In this document: positions 29,659-39,839 of the stretch, piece by piece
Layout of the letters: each line of letters begins with the position of its first letter
Position numbering within the stretch: position 1 is the stretch's first letter
NCBI GenBank assembly: GCA_029939595.1
Contig: JAOZSQ010000005.1
Span: 4-64,003 of the forward strand
Length of the DNA stretch: 64,000 nucleotides
Source of the DNA: Thermoplasmatota archaeon
GTDB taxonomy: Archaea; Thermoplasmatota; E2; DHVEG-1
Direction: 5' to 3'
The notes under the pieces: generated by a model
Database searches by the model: none
The model's input: only the letters and a program-made list of their open reading frames with translations
Told to the model about the DNA's origin: nothing
Program-made: the position numbers and the translations under genes

Positions 29659-29777
29659 AATTATTTTTCATTATTAAAAACAAAATTGACCATATTAAAC
29701 CTATCGAAAAGATATCGACAATTCTTCCGCAAATTATTAATGAATCTTATCCATAACACCTGGAAACGTGATATATC

Positions 29778-31112
29778 ATGGATGATGATTTAACAAAAAT
29801 TGGTGTCATACCCTCTGACAGAAAAAAATTAGAAAACATGGGAATTACAACACTTCATCAACTTGCTGTAATGTCTATTCAAACCTTAGGAATGGGGCCA
29901 AGCAAAGGTAATCAACTTATTCAACGGGCAAGAAATATATTATATAATAAAAATATTGTTGATATCCAAATAAAAGATGATGAGATTATTGAATTAACTG
30001 TTAAGAAAACAGATAGAGCTATTCGCAAATCAGTCCTTAACGCATTAGATGTTTATTCATCTGGTTCTTGGGGTTCTACTGCACTTGAAATCGATGAAAA
30101 CACACTTATTTTAAAAAGAAAATCACAGGGTTTTAATAAAGTTATACTTAAAGCTCAATCATTACAAGAAATCCTAGAAACAAAAAAAATTGGAGAAAAA
30201 GAAAAAGATGGGATTTTTCTTCCAGAAAATGAATTGATGAAATTTGCAAAAGAAAGAGGATTTGAAGGTTTTTGGGAAAATGTATTTCAGGAGATTCATG
30301 GTAATTCCATTATGAAAAAGATAATTGCAACTAGTATGTTTTCTACTTTTAATGAACCAATTCATTCATTGGTTATTGGTGAACCTGGGAGCAGTAAAAC
30401 AATGGCAAAAGAGATCATTAGTGAAGAATTCAAAGATATCACCAATATTGGGGCAAATACAACTCGTTCTGGTCTTGTCTGCAATCTTGGAACCGGAGAT
30501 CTAGGTGCATTGCCTCATTCAAATCATAAACTTGTTCTAGTTGATGAATTTGATAAGATACCTAGCGATGATATTGAATATACATATGAACTTTTATCTA
30601 ATGGAAAATGTACTATACATTCAGCCAAAGTCCATCAAAATATTATGAGTCACTTTATTATGATTGCTTTTGCTAATCCTAAAACAAAAGTCTTTACAAA
30701 AAATTTTGCAAATGATATTGGACTCTCTCCTTTGCTTTTAAGTCGATGTGCTTTAATTGTACGAGTTAAAAACATAAGTACAGAAGATCGTTTGAGCTTA
30801 TTTGAAAAAAAGTTCTTTGGTGAAAGTGAATTAAAAGAAAAACATGACTATTATGATCAGTGGGTACGTCTCTCTAGAAAATTTAATCCAAAAATCACTG
30901 CATCAAAAAAAGCCGTAAGATCATATCTTTCTGAAATGAATGAGATTGTTGAACTATATTATGCATCAAATCTTCGAAGAGATCTACGGATGGCAGATTA
31001 CATTCGACGTATCCCCCTTGCGATTGCTCGTGCTTCTTTTACTAACATAACTGATGAGATACTTAAAGAAGCTGAATCCATTATTAAAGAATCTATAAAT
31101 ACTTGGCAATAA
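29778..31112 (+). CDS. MCM-family AAA+ ATPase with N-terminal RadA-like HhH domain
   Basis: EIHG, IHSLVIGEPGSSKT, VLVDEFDKI, AFANP, LLSRC; N-terminus aligns by eye with the RadA N-domain. Confidence 0.82.
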   Translation: MDDDLTKIGVIPSDRKKLENMGITTLHQLAVMSIQTLGMGPSKGNQLIQRARNILYNKNIVDIQIKDDEIIELTVKKTDRAIRKSVLNALDVYSSGSWGSTALEIDENTLILKRKSQGFNKVILKAQSLQEILETKKIGEKEKDGIFLPENELMKFAKERGFEGFWENVFQEIHGNSIMKKIIATSMFSTFNEPIHSLVIGEPGSSKTMAKEIISEEFKDITNIGANTTRSGLVCNLGTGDLGALPHSNHKLVLVDEFDKIPSDDIEYTYELLSNGKCTIHSAKVHQNIMSHFIMIAFANPKTKVFTKNFANDIGLSPLLLSRCALIVRVKNISTEDRLSLFEKKFFGESELKEKHDYYDQWVRLSRKFNPKITASKKAVRSYLSEMNEIVELYYASNLRRDLRMADYIRRIPLAIARASFTNITDEILKEAESIIKESINTWQ

Positions 31113-31197
31113 ACATAAGATTTATCCTCAACTATTATTAATAAATTTATAGCAGCATTTATAAATTACCATATTATTCTTAGCTTGTGGTGATATA

Positions 31198-31398
31198 ATC
31201 GAAGAGAAAGATGCACATCTTGAATTCATTGAATCAAAAGAGATTGAACGTCTTGTAAATCTTATTTATTCAAGCAATCCTGAAAAGATAGATATTAATA
31301 TGGAAAATGATGTAAATCCAATCAATTATAATGATATGGTCCAAAAAATTGATGGTTTACAAATCAAAGGTGAAAAACGAACCCCTCTAAAAATTTAG
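31198..31398 (+). CDS. Small hypothetical protein, possibly with a non-canonical ATC/ATA start
   Basis: 66-codon open frame directly after GGTGA; first in-frame ATG only at 31300. Confidence 0.45.
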   Translation: MEEKDAHLEFIESKEIERLVNLIYSSNPEKIDINMENDVNPINYNDMVQKIDGLQIKGEKRTPLKI

Positions 31399-31523
31399 TT
31401 ATTTTATTAATTAAAACAGATAATTATTTATAGAGCTTATGATTTAATGTTTATTAGAATTTAGGTATTAAATAATTAAAATTCTAATGACATTTTTATT
31501 ATGATTACTTAAGAAGAAAAGTT

Positions 31524-31877
31524 GTGAAAAAAACTATGACATTGAAAGCAATAAATGAATTAAAAGAAGAAATCACCCAACAGCTGGGAAAAAATAAAAA
31601 AACTGAAAAAGAAACCTATGAAAATGGGGTGAAAACAGGAATTAATGAATCATTTAATTGTTTTTCTGATCTTATTGCACAATATTTAAAATATCAGAAT
31701 AATGTAAAATTATTGATGTCCAAAGAAAAAAACATTTGGAAAAAATGGGTTAAATATTATGAACAACAACAAGAAATAACAAAATCCGATTACATAAATA
31801 TCTATAATACTTGGTTATTTGATTATTTATTCTGTAGTGCAATGAATAATAAAGAAATCTTCACAAGTCTTTATTAA
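31524..31877 (+). CDS. Hypothetical protein
   Basis: 117-aa ORF. Confidence 0.65.
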   Translation: MKKTMTLKAINELKEEITQQLGKNKKTEKETYENGVKTGINESFNCFSDLIAQYLKYQNNVKLLMSKEKNIWKKWVKYYEQQQEITKSDYINIYNTWLFDYLFCSAMNNKEIFTSLY

Positions 31878-31994
31878 TAAATTTTTTATAAAATAACACA
31901 GTACTATTTTTTCTTACATGCTGGTTTATACACCTTGTTTTTTTAAAAAAAAATGAAAGAGAAAGATTGTATATCTTTCATTTTTAAATTATGG

Positions 31995-33230
31995 TTATAA
32001 TAATTGATTAAAAAATGAAAAACGCTCCATGAATCGGATTAATAATCCCATAAATGGATTAAGATTTCTATATTTTGGCATTGATACTTCTAGCGAGGCC
32101 CATTCACTTTTTTCATCATAAATATCTCGAGACATTACTTTTATTGAATATGTTCCTTTTTCACTCCAGTTGTGTTTTATAGTTGTAGATCGTCCTGATG
32201 TATATGGTCCAACTAATTCAATTCCGGTCTCATCTCCCCAATCAACATAGTAATATAATTTGTTATTATCTGGATCTTCTGCTTGAATCTGATATGATTG
32301 TTCTTCACCAATTTTACCAGATGTTGGACCTATAATTGTTGGAATTCCTGGTGGTTGGTTAAACAATTCTTCATTGTTTGTTATACTTACATCAATTTTT
32401 ATGTTACTATTTCCAAGCCATTCAACAGATATTGAAAAATCAACTTCATGAACATCTCTATGGCTTGATGATTTTATTTTTTTAGCATATGTTTCAGGAT
32501 TATCATATCCACCAACCAATGTTTTGTATCCTCCATCAAAATAAGATGTTGGATAAGCATAATGATTGTATTTATCTAAATGATCCACAGCAACTTGATT
32601 TACTATATTTCCCTGTTTATCACTTGTTATTAAAGCAGTAAAATAAAACGAATAATTACCTGATTCATATACATCATATAATGCATCAGCCATTGCAGGA
32701 CAATAAGGACACCATTCTGCTGTTGCTTCCTCTACAAAAACAGTATGAGTAGATTCTTCTGTTACTAAATTTGATGCGGAGTTGCCAGGTGTTGCAGCTG
32801 CTGCTGCATCAACGTAATGTGCTTCAAAAGGATAGTTCATTGGTGGATTAGAATATCCTTTGTTTATTTCAGGGCTGAATAACGCAGCCATCACAATAAT
32901 ATTATCTTCTTGAATATCGCCAAAACCTGCCTGATTTGCATTCCAAGTGATTGAATTAGTATAGGTATCTAAATATTCTATGGATAATACATCATTAAAC
33001 GCAAAATCAAGAAAACCAAAGTGATATGGTTCACCATCATAATTATCCCATCTAGAAACAGGTTCTACAATATAAACCCGTAAAATTCCTTCATATGAAA
33101 TTGAATCATTCACATTATTGCTTGTTTGTTTCCCAATTCCAGTAGAAAGAGATGAAACTAGCAATATTCCAATTATTGTAATTAATATTGATATCTTTAG
33201 TCCTTTTCTTATTAAAATTAAATACTTCAT
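31995..33230 (-). CDS. Secreted thioredoxin-like (WCPYC; Omp28-like) protein with C-terminal PKD domain
   Basis: Signal peptide, ATAEWCPYCP, YPTSYFDG, VDWGD..HNWSEKGTY. Confidence 0.8.
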   Translation of the reverse strand: MKYLILIRKGLKISILITIIGILLVSSLSTGIGKQTSNNVNDSISYEGILRVYIVEPVSRWDNYDGEPYHFGFLDFAFNDVLSIEYLDTYTNSITWNANQAGFGDIQEDNIIVMAALFSPEINKGYSNPPMNYPFEAHYVDAAAAATPGNSASNLVTEESTHTVFVEEATAEWCPYCPAMADALYDVYESGNYSFYFTALITSDKQGNIVNQVAVDHLDKYNHYAYPTSYFDGGYKTLVGGYDNPETYAKKIKSSSHRDVHEVDFSISVEWLGNSNIKIDVSITNNEELFNQPPGIPTIIGPTSGKIGEEQSYQIQAEDPDNNKLYYYVDWGDETGIELVGPYTSGRSTTIKHNWSEKGTYSIKVMSRDIYDEKSEWASLEVSMPKYRNLNPFMGLLIRFMERFSFFNQLL

Positions 33231-33400
33231 TTGTTTGTCCCCGTAATTACTTTATAATTATATTAACCATTGTTAAATATTTATAATTTTTTATTATATT
33301 CAATGTTTCATTATCATTTAACCAATAGTTTTTATAAAAAATTTCAACTAGTGTAATTTAAGAGATATTTTAACAAGAAAGATATGAAATATTCTAAGAA

Positions 33401-33676
33401 TTATTCTTTTGATACAATTGATTGTAGATATTTTCTTGTACTTCGTTTTACCTCAGCTATTTGTTTTGGTGGGATTTTATATGATTGTTGTGTTGCTTCT
33501 AATGCAAATACGAGCCCATGGACAAATGCACCTGGATGGTATTCATTTTCCTTTGAAAGGTTAAAGATATCATCAGCTACCTTCATTGCATCCTCATAAG
33601 AATATTTTATTTGTGAAGCATTTTCATTGTTTTTTTGTTCATTTGACATATTTTTTACTACATCATGTACGTTCAT
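33401..33676 (-). CDS. Small hypothetical protein
   Basis: 91-aa ORF with normal composition; preferred over the overlapping + strand ORF. Confidence 0.6.
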   Translation of the reverse strand: MNVHDVVKNMSNEQKNNENASQIKYSYEDAMKVADDIFNLSKENEYHPGAFVHGLVFALEATQQSYKIPPKQIAEVKRSTRKYLQSIVSKE

Positions 33677-33813
33677 AAATAAATTTTCATTTTATTGTAA
33701 TCTATTGAAAAAAAAATGATTTTAATATTTTGATTGAATTGCATTAATAATTTCATTTTTTTGCCATAATAGAATGAAACATATAAATAATATAATTATA
33801 ATAAATAATACTG

Positions 33814-35799
33814 ATGAATCATTTCAAGATAAACAAATTTATTTCCAATAAGATTCTAACTATCATCTTTATCCTGCTATTTATCCTAAATCCACTTCTT
33901 AATGTTCCAGCCATATCAGAAAGTGAAAACAACACTATCGAGGTTATCACAATCAATAATCAACTTAATTTTTCTAATATTTCTATTTCATCTGATCAGA
34001 AATTTACATTAATAGGAGCTCAAAACATATCCACTGAATTGATGAACAATAATGGTGTAATTTCATCTAATATTACTAAAACAATCATAATACCAAGAGA
34101 TTCAATCATTAAAAACATTTCTTATTCCTATCTTGACATTCAGGATTTTACTATTGAACATGAATTTAAGTTATTACCTCAGATTATAAGATATTCAACT
34201 AACAGACAATTAATGAATCTTTCATTAATGACTTCTGATTTTAGCAATTCAGAATATGTTTATTCAAATCAATCCTTTGATTATTCTATTGGATCTGGTA
34301 TCTCCAATGGTGAACCATCTCTTTTTATAACATTACAATGTAATCCAATTTCATATAATCCAAATTTAAAACGTTTATCGATTGCATCATCAATGAATTA
34401 TTCAATTAGATATGAAACATTAAAAAACAACATTGAAACTGTATCAGATGTTGATTTAGTGATAATTTCACCACAGTCATTTCAAAATAGACTGGAACCT
34501 TTAGTGGAACATAAAAATAATGTTGGAATTAAAACTATAATAAAAACAACAGAGGATATTTATTCTGAGTTTGATGGAAGAGATGATGCAGAAGAAATAA
34601 AATTATTTATCAAGTATGCATTAGAGCAATGGAATATTAAATATGTGTTACTAGTAGGAGGGCTTATTGGTCAAACTGATAAATGGCATGTCCCTGTTAG
34701 GTATTCAAATCTTCATGATCGTTCATTTTGGAATGATAGTTATGTTACTGATCTATATTTTGCAGATATTTATCGATACAATACCATTCTTGAAACAATA
34801 GAATTTGATGATTGGGATAGTAATCAAAATAATGTTTTTGCTGAATGGTCATGGATTTATGATCAAGAACGGGGATGGTGGTATGATCTTGATAAAAAGG
34901 ATAATCTTGATTTATATCCAGATGTAGCAATTGGCCGGCTAGCTTGTAGAAATCGAAGAGAAGTTGAGAATGTTGTAAATAAAATAATTCATTATGAGAC
35001 AAATAGCTTTAATCAAGATTGGTTTAAATCTGTTATTCTTTGCGGTGGAGATACTGTCCCTTATAGCGATGGTGTTTGCGAGGGTGAAATTGAAAATGAA
35101 TATGCTGCTTCTTATCTTGAACCATTAGGTTTTGAAACAAAAAAATTATGGGTTTCAACTGGTACGTTGAAGGGACCCTTAGATGTTATTAGAGAAATGA
35201 GAAAAGGAGCAGGTTTTTTATATCTCACAGGTCATGGAACTCCTCGTGAATGGTGTACACATCCTGTTTCTGATGATTCAACATGGATCGATCTATACTC
35301 TTATGCAATGGATCAAATCAATAATAATTATAAACTTCCAATTTGTGTTGTAGGAGGATGTCATAACAGCCAGTTTGATGTTGGTCTTTCAAGAATTCCA
35401 AATGGTGCTTCAAAATATGGTTTATCATATTTTTTATGGAATGAAGGAATTGATTGTTTTTTTAAATGGACTTGGGTTTCTTCATGCTGGAGTTGGAATC
35501 TTATATCTCAAAAAAATGATGGATGCATTGCAGTTATTGGAAATACGGGTCTTGGATGGGGAGTTGGTGGTGAATCGTCCACTGAGTACAATGAAGGTTA
35601 TTTAACAACTCGATTTTTCCAGATTTATGCTTCTCTAACTCAACAAGAAATTAATCAACTAGGGATTGTGCATTGTGAAACTCTGAATAATTATATTTCT
35701 CATTTTTCAGCTAATAATAACCTTTTAGATAGAAAAACAGTTGAGGAATGGGTTCTTCTTGGTGATCCAAGTTTACAGATTGGTGGATACCCCAATTAA
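33814..35799 (+). CDS. Secreted C25 (gingipain-family) cysteine peptidase
   Basis: YVLLVG, TDLYFAD, IGRL, GGDT, TGHGT, GGCHNS, LLGDPSL. Confidence 0.9.
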   Translation: MNHFKINKFISNKILTIIFILLFILNPLLNVPAISESENNTIEVITINNQLNFSNISISSDQKFTLIGAQNISTELMNNNGVISSNITKTIIIPRDSIIKNISYSYLDIQDFTIEHEFKLLPQIIRYSTNRQLMNLSLMTSDFSNSEYVYSNQSFDYSIGSGISNGEPSLFITLQCNPISYNPNLKRLSIASSMNYSIRYETLKNNIETVSDVDLVIISPQSFQNRLEPLVEHKNNVGIKTIIKTTEDIYSEFDGRDDAEEIKLFIKYALEQWNIKYVLLVGGLIGQTDKWHVPVRYSNLHDRSFWNDSYVTDLYFADIYRYNTILETIEFDDWDSNQNNVFAEWSWIYDQERGWWYDLDKKDNLDLYPDVAIGRLACRNRREVENVVNKIIHYETNSFNQDWFKSVILCGGDTVPYSDGVCEGEIENEYAASYLEPLGFETKKLWVSTGTLKGPLDVIREMRKGAGFLYLTGHGTPREWCTHPVSDDSTWIDLYSYAMDQINNNYKLPICVVGGCHNSQFDVGLSRIPNGASKYGLSYFLWNEGIDCFFKWTWVSSCWSWNLISQKNDGCIAVIGNTGLGWGVGGESSTEYNEGYLTTRFFQIYASLTQQEINQLGIVHCETLNNYISHFSANNNLLDRKTVEEWVLLGDPSLQIGGYPN

Positions 35800-35960
35800 T
35801 AGCTTCATATAATCCAATAAATTGTCATTATTGATTGATATTAATTAAATTATCCATTGAATATTTTATAAAATTAGTAATATATTTTAATATTTCCCCA
35901 ACATTTAAATAACCCTATCTTATGCCCAAATCTCATTAAAAATTTTGATGTGATGACAAG

Positions 35961-36059
35961 ATGCCTGCAACAACAACATTTCAAGATCATGTTGAAAAAC
36001 GTATCAAAGAAATGAAAGAACGGGAAAAACAATTCCGTCAAAAAAATAGAAAAAAATAG
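35961..36059 (+). CDS. Very small basic protein (32 aa), not in ORF track
   Basis: MPATTTFQDHVEKRIKEMKEREKQFRQKNRKK*; GTGA RBS-like and TTTAAATA box upstream. Confidence 0.45.
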   Translation: MPATTTFQDHVEKRIKEMKEREKQFRQKNRKK

Positions 36060-36088
36060 ACATTAAAATATTCATTTTTTGATATAAT

Positions 36089-36736
36089 TCACTCTTTTCT
36101 TTTTATTTTCTTAAAATGTTTTAATGTGGAATAGAATCGTTGAATAGCTGTAAAATTTCCCATAATTGCTAGATAAATCATCGCCCATTCAATCAATGTA
36201 AAATTCCACATATGAATTATATCCATCTGAATTAGTATATGTTGTATAATTGGTACTATCATTAGTATCACAAGTCTATCAGCTCTACCCAGTAAACCTG
36301 CATACATTCTTTTCAACCCAACAGCTTGTGCCTGTGTTCCCATATAACTTGTTAATAGCATCCCTACAAGAGCAATAAGCCCTATTCGCATGTCACACCA
36401 CTGACTTAAAGCAATGCCTCCTACAATACAAACATCTGCATATCTATCCAATGCATGATCTAAGAAATCACCTCTAAGAGAGGTTTTTTTAGTGAGTTTA
36501 GCAATTTTTCCATCAATAGCATCAAATAACCCATTTAGAAACACAAAAATCGATGCAAAAAAGAGGTAATAGCTGATAAGCTCATTACTTGGTGTGGAAA
36601 TATAAAAGAAGAAACCAGCAAGTATTGCAAATAAAAGTGCAATCCATGTGAAAATATCTGGATTGAATCTTGTTAGATTTTTTGCAAAAAAATTTAGAAT
36701 TGGATCAATGGAATCACGTTTTCTATCAAGAACCAT
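36089..36736 (-). CDS. CDP-alcohol phosphatidyltransferase (archaeal phospholipid synthase)
   Basis: DAIDGKIAK..GDFLDHALDRYAD signature. Confidence 0.92.
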   Translation of the reverse strand: MVLDRKRDSIDPILNFFAKNLTRFNPDIFTWIALLFAILAGFFFYISTPSNELISYYLFFASIFVFLNGLFDAIDGKIAKLTKKTSLRGDFLDHALDRYADVCIVGGIALSQWCDMRIGLIALVGMLLTSYMGTQAQAVGLKRMYAGLLGRADRLVILMIVPIIQHILIQMDIIHMWNFTLIEWAMIYLAIMGNFTAIQRFYSTLKHFKKIKRKE

Positions 36737-37306
36737 CTAATCCACCATCCAACTAAATTCATCTTTTAATAACATTTCAGACCAGTCAATCGTCCCAGGA
36801 GAATATTTAGTTTTATCTGAAAAATTTACTTTAATCATTTCATGAATTATTTTTGCAATTTCATTTATGGAATAATTGCTTGTATCTATCTCAACTACAT
36901 TGTCTATTGAATGTAATTCAACAGCTTCTGTTTCAATTAGATCTAGGATTTCTGCCTCAATATTTTCTCTTATTTTTTCCTTGTTCCATTCTTTTGTTTT
37001 AAGCCTAGTTTCAAGAATAATAGGGTTGCATCTTAATACTATTACCATAGATGGACAAGAGAGAAGATGTGATAGATGACCATCAAGAACAATTAATGAA
37101 TCTTGATTTACATTTTTCTTTATTTTATCGTTTAATATTTCAATATCAATAATATCTGATTTTCTTTTTACATCAAAATCATCTATTATATTCTCTTGTT
37201 TTGCAAATGAATGTATATGCAATGTTTCAATTTCATATTTTTTATTTAATATTGATGCAATGCTTGTTTTCCCTGTTCCGGGTGTACCGGTTAACGCAAT
37301 AATCAT
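36737..37306 (-). CDS. Atypical adenylate kinase (AK6/Fap7 family)
   Basis: LTGTPGTGKT, DGHLSH, VLRCNP, KIRENIEAE. Confidence 0.88.
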   Translation of the reverse strand: MIIALTGTPGTGKTSIASILNKKYEIETLHIHSFAKQENIIDDFDVKRKSDIIDIEILNDKIKKNVNQDSLIVLDGHLSHLLSCPSMVIVLRCNPIILETRLKTKEWNKEKIRENIEAEILDLIETEAVELHSIDNVVEIDTSNYSINEIAKIIHEMIKVNFSDKTKYSPGTIDWSEMLLKDEFSWMVD

Positions 37307-37312
37307 ATTTAC

Positions 37313-38617
37313 CTATACAAGAGTATGATATTCATATCCTCTGAATCCCTCTTTGAAACAATAATGCAGCTCCTGAAACTCTGAACGAAACTCTTTAATG
37401 TCCTTTTTAATAATTTCAGGTTTTTCTTTTTTCAATAGAACACGTTCATAGAATGTTGCGATTTCCTCCATTTCAGATTCTTTCATACCAATACGAGTCA
37501 GCTCAGGTGTCCCAAGTCTTAAACCTGAGGGGTTAAATGGGTTAGTATCACCAGGTATTGTATTCATATTTGTTACAATCCCTGCTTTCTCTAAGGTTTT
37601 AGCAGCTTCCTTTCCTTTCTCAGGTCCGATATCTACAAGAATCTGATGAGATTTTGTAAAACCAAGAGCCTCTCCAAATACCTTGAATCCTTTTTCATTT
37701 AGAGCCTGTGCAAACGCTTGAGCATTTTTAATGATCTGTTTTGCATATGCTTCTCCAAATTCAAGATGCTCAGCATATGCTATTGCTTTTGCTGCAACAT
37801 GATGCAAATGATATGATGAGGTAATACCAGGGAATACTCCAAAATTTAATTTATTTAAAAACGATTTATCTTCCTTTGTATCTCCTTTATGATCTGAAAT
37901 GATCATTCCGCCTTGTGGACCAGGGAATGTTTTATGAGTGCTTCCACATACAACATCCGCACCTTCCCTTAATGGATCTTGGAATTGATTACCTGCTATT
38001 AAACCTAAGACGTGAGCTGCATCATACACTAGATATGCCCCTACATCATGAGCAGCTTCCGCAATTTCCTTTATGGGACTTGGGAAAAGAAAAACACTTC
38101 TTCCATTTAACGCAAGTGTTGGTTTTACCTTCTTAATAAGCTTTACAGCCCCATCAACATCAATATTCATCTCTTCATCATTAAATGGGTATGATACTAG
38201 ATTTATTCCTCTTACCGCTGCTGCACCCCATTTTCCAAATGAGATATGCGCACCATTAGCAAGATCCAGAACAGTTGCTGTTTCACCTGGTTTAATTAAT
38301 GCCTTTAATATTGCCATGTTAGCAGTTGTCCCCGCAGTTGGTCGTACATCTGCATAATGACATTTAAAGAGTTTTTTAGCAAGCTCTATTGCTTTCAATT
38401 CAACATTGTCAAAGAATGCACATCCTTCATAGTATCGATTACCCGGTGTACCTTCTGCATATCTTCCATGAAAATCTGATATTAACATTTCTCTACATAA
38501 TGGTGAAAGTACGTTTTCACTTGCTATCATTGGAAGTGATTCTGAAAAAAAAGCATTATTCATTTTTGCCTGTTCTTGAATATATGTTACTTCATTATAC
38601 CAATTCATATTAATCAT
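37313..38617 (-). CDS. glyA: Serine hydroxymethyltransferase
   Basis: IASEN, YAEG..RYYEG, DAAH, STHKTFPGPQGG, SGLRLGT. Confidence 0.95.
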   Translation of the reverse strand: MINMNWYNEVTYIQEQAKMNNAFFSESLPMIASENVLSPLCREMLISDFHGRYAEGTPGNRYYEGCAFFDNVELKAIELAKKLFKCHYADVRPTAGTTANMAILKALIKPGETATVLDLANGAHISFGKWGAAAVRGINLVSYPFNDEEMNIDVDGAVKLIKKVKPTLALNGRSVFLFPSPIKEIAEAAHDVGAYLVYDAAHVLGLIAGNQFQDPLREGADVVCGSTHKTFPGPQGGMIISDHKGDTKEDKSFLNKLNFGVFPGITSSYHLHHVAAKAIAYAEHLEFGEAYAKQIIKNAQAFAQALNEKGFKVFGEALGFTKSHQILVDIGPEKGKEAAKTLEKAGIVTNMNTIPGDTNPFNPSGLRLGTPELTRIGMKESEMEEIATFYERVLLKKEKPEIIKKDIKEFRSEFQELHYCFKEGFRGYEYHTLV

Positions 38618-38675
38618 CTCTCATCCTGGTAATTATATTTCAAATAAAAAGGTAATGGGTAAAAAAAATTCTTGA

Positions 38676-39797
38676 TTATATTTCCTGTAATGTTCTTTGA
38701 GATTTTGTTAGTGATGTGCATCCTTCTTTTGTAATTACGACGTCATCCTCAATTCTTACTCCACCATATCCCTGAACATATATACCAGGTTCAACTGTTA
38801 TCACCATATTTTCCTTTAATAATTCTTCACAAGATGCATAAAAACCAACACCCGGATCATGAACTGATATTCCAAGTGAATGACCTGTGGAATGAATGAA
38901 ACAATCCTTAAATGAGCTTGAATCAATATATGATTTTGCTTGTTGATGGACAATATTTGCTTTAATCCCTGGTTTAATCGCCATCATTGCTTTTTGTTGA
39001 GCAATTCTTACAGTTTCATGAATCTTTTTTTGTTTATCAGATGCCGACCCATAAACAAAGGTTCTTGTCATATCTGAATTATATTTATCGAAGCTTGCTC
39101 CAAAATCACAGAGTATAAAATCACCTTCTTTTAATTTTGATTGATCATGTGTATAGTGTGGCATTGCAGTATTAGCACCAAATGATGCAATTGTATCAAA
39201 CGCAGGATTTTGAGCACCATACTTTTGTAAATGATAATCAATTTCAGCTGCAAGCTCATTTTCAGTCATATTTTTTTTAATATAATTACTGATTTCGTCC
39301 ATTACCTGATCTGCAATTCCACATGCTTTTTTTATACTACGTAATTCATCAGGTTCTTTAATCATACGTGATTTGTGAAAAGAGGCAATGACATTTTCCA
39401 TTTTTTTTTCTTTAAAATTTGTTGATATCCATTGATAATCTGAATGAAGAATAGCAGATTCATTAACACCAATCGAATTTACATTTACAAGTATATCCTT
39501 AAGAATATTTTCCATTTCTTTTCTTGATTGAAAAATATGAATATCTGCATCTGCATCTTTTGCAATATCACTTTCAAGAGCCGTAACAATCATATGAATA
39601 GTTCCATCTGGAAAAAGAACAAGACAACAATCCTCAAATAAACCTTTACTAATTCCCGTTACATAAAAAAAATTAGTATCAATATATTGTTCATGTCCAT
39701 TTTTTATAATAATTGAATCAATATCAACATTAGAATTTTTAAAAATATTTTTTACCCGTTCTCTTGTATTCATCATCAACATTATATCATATTTCAT
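38676..39797 (-). CDS. Xaa-Pro peptidase (M24B prolidase/aminopeptidase P)
   Basis: DFGA, SDMTRT, HSTGHSLG..VHD, TVEPGIY, GVRIEDD. Confidence 0.92.
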   Translation of the reverse strand: MKYDIMLMMNTRERVKNIFKNSNVDIDSIIIKNGHEQYIDTNFFYVTGISKGLFEDCCLVLFPDGTIHMIVTALESDIAKDADADIHIFQSRKEMENILKDILVNVNSIGVNESAILHSDYQWISTNFKEKKMENVIASFHKSRMIKEPDELRSIKKACGIADQVMDEISNYIKKNMTENELAAEIDYHLQKYGAQNPAFDTIASFGANTAMPHYTHDQSKLKEGDFILCDFGASFDKYNSDMTRTFVYGSASDKQKKIHETVRIAQQKAMMAIKPGIKANIVHQQAKSYIDSSSFKDCFIHSTGHSLGISVHDPGVGFYASCEELLKENMVITVEPGIYVQGYGGVRIEDDVVITKEGCTSLTKSQRTLQEI

Positions 39798-39839
39798 TAT
39801 ATGTATATTGCTTAAAAAAAAAAATAGAAAAAAGGGAGA

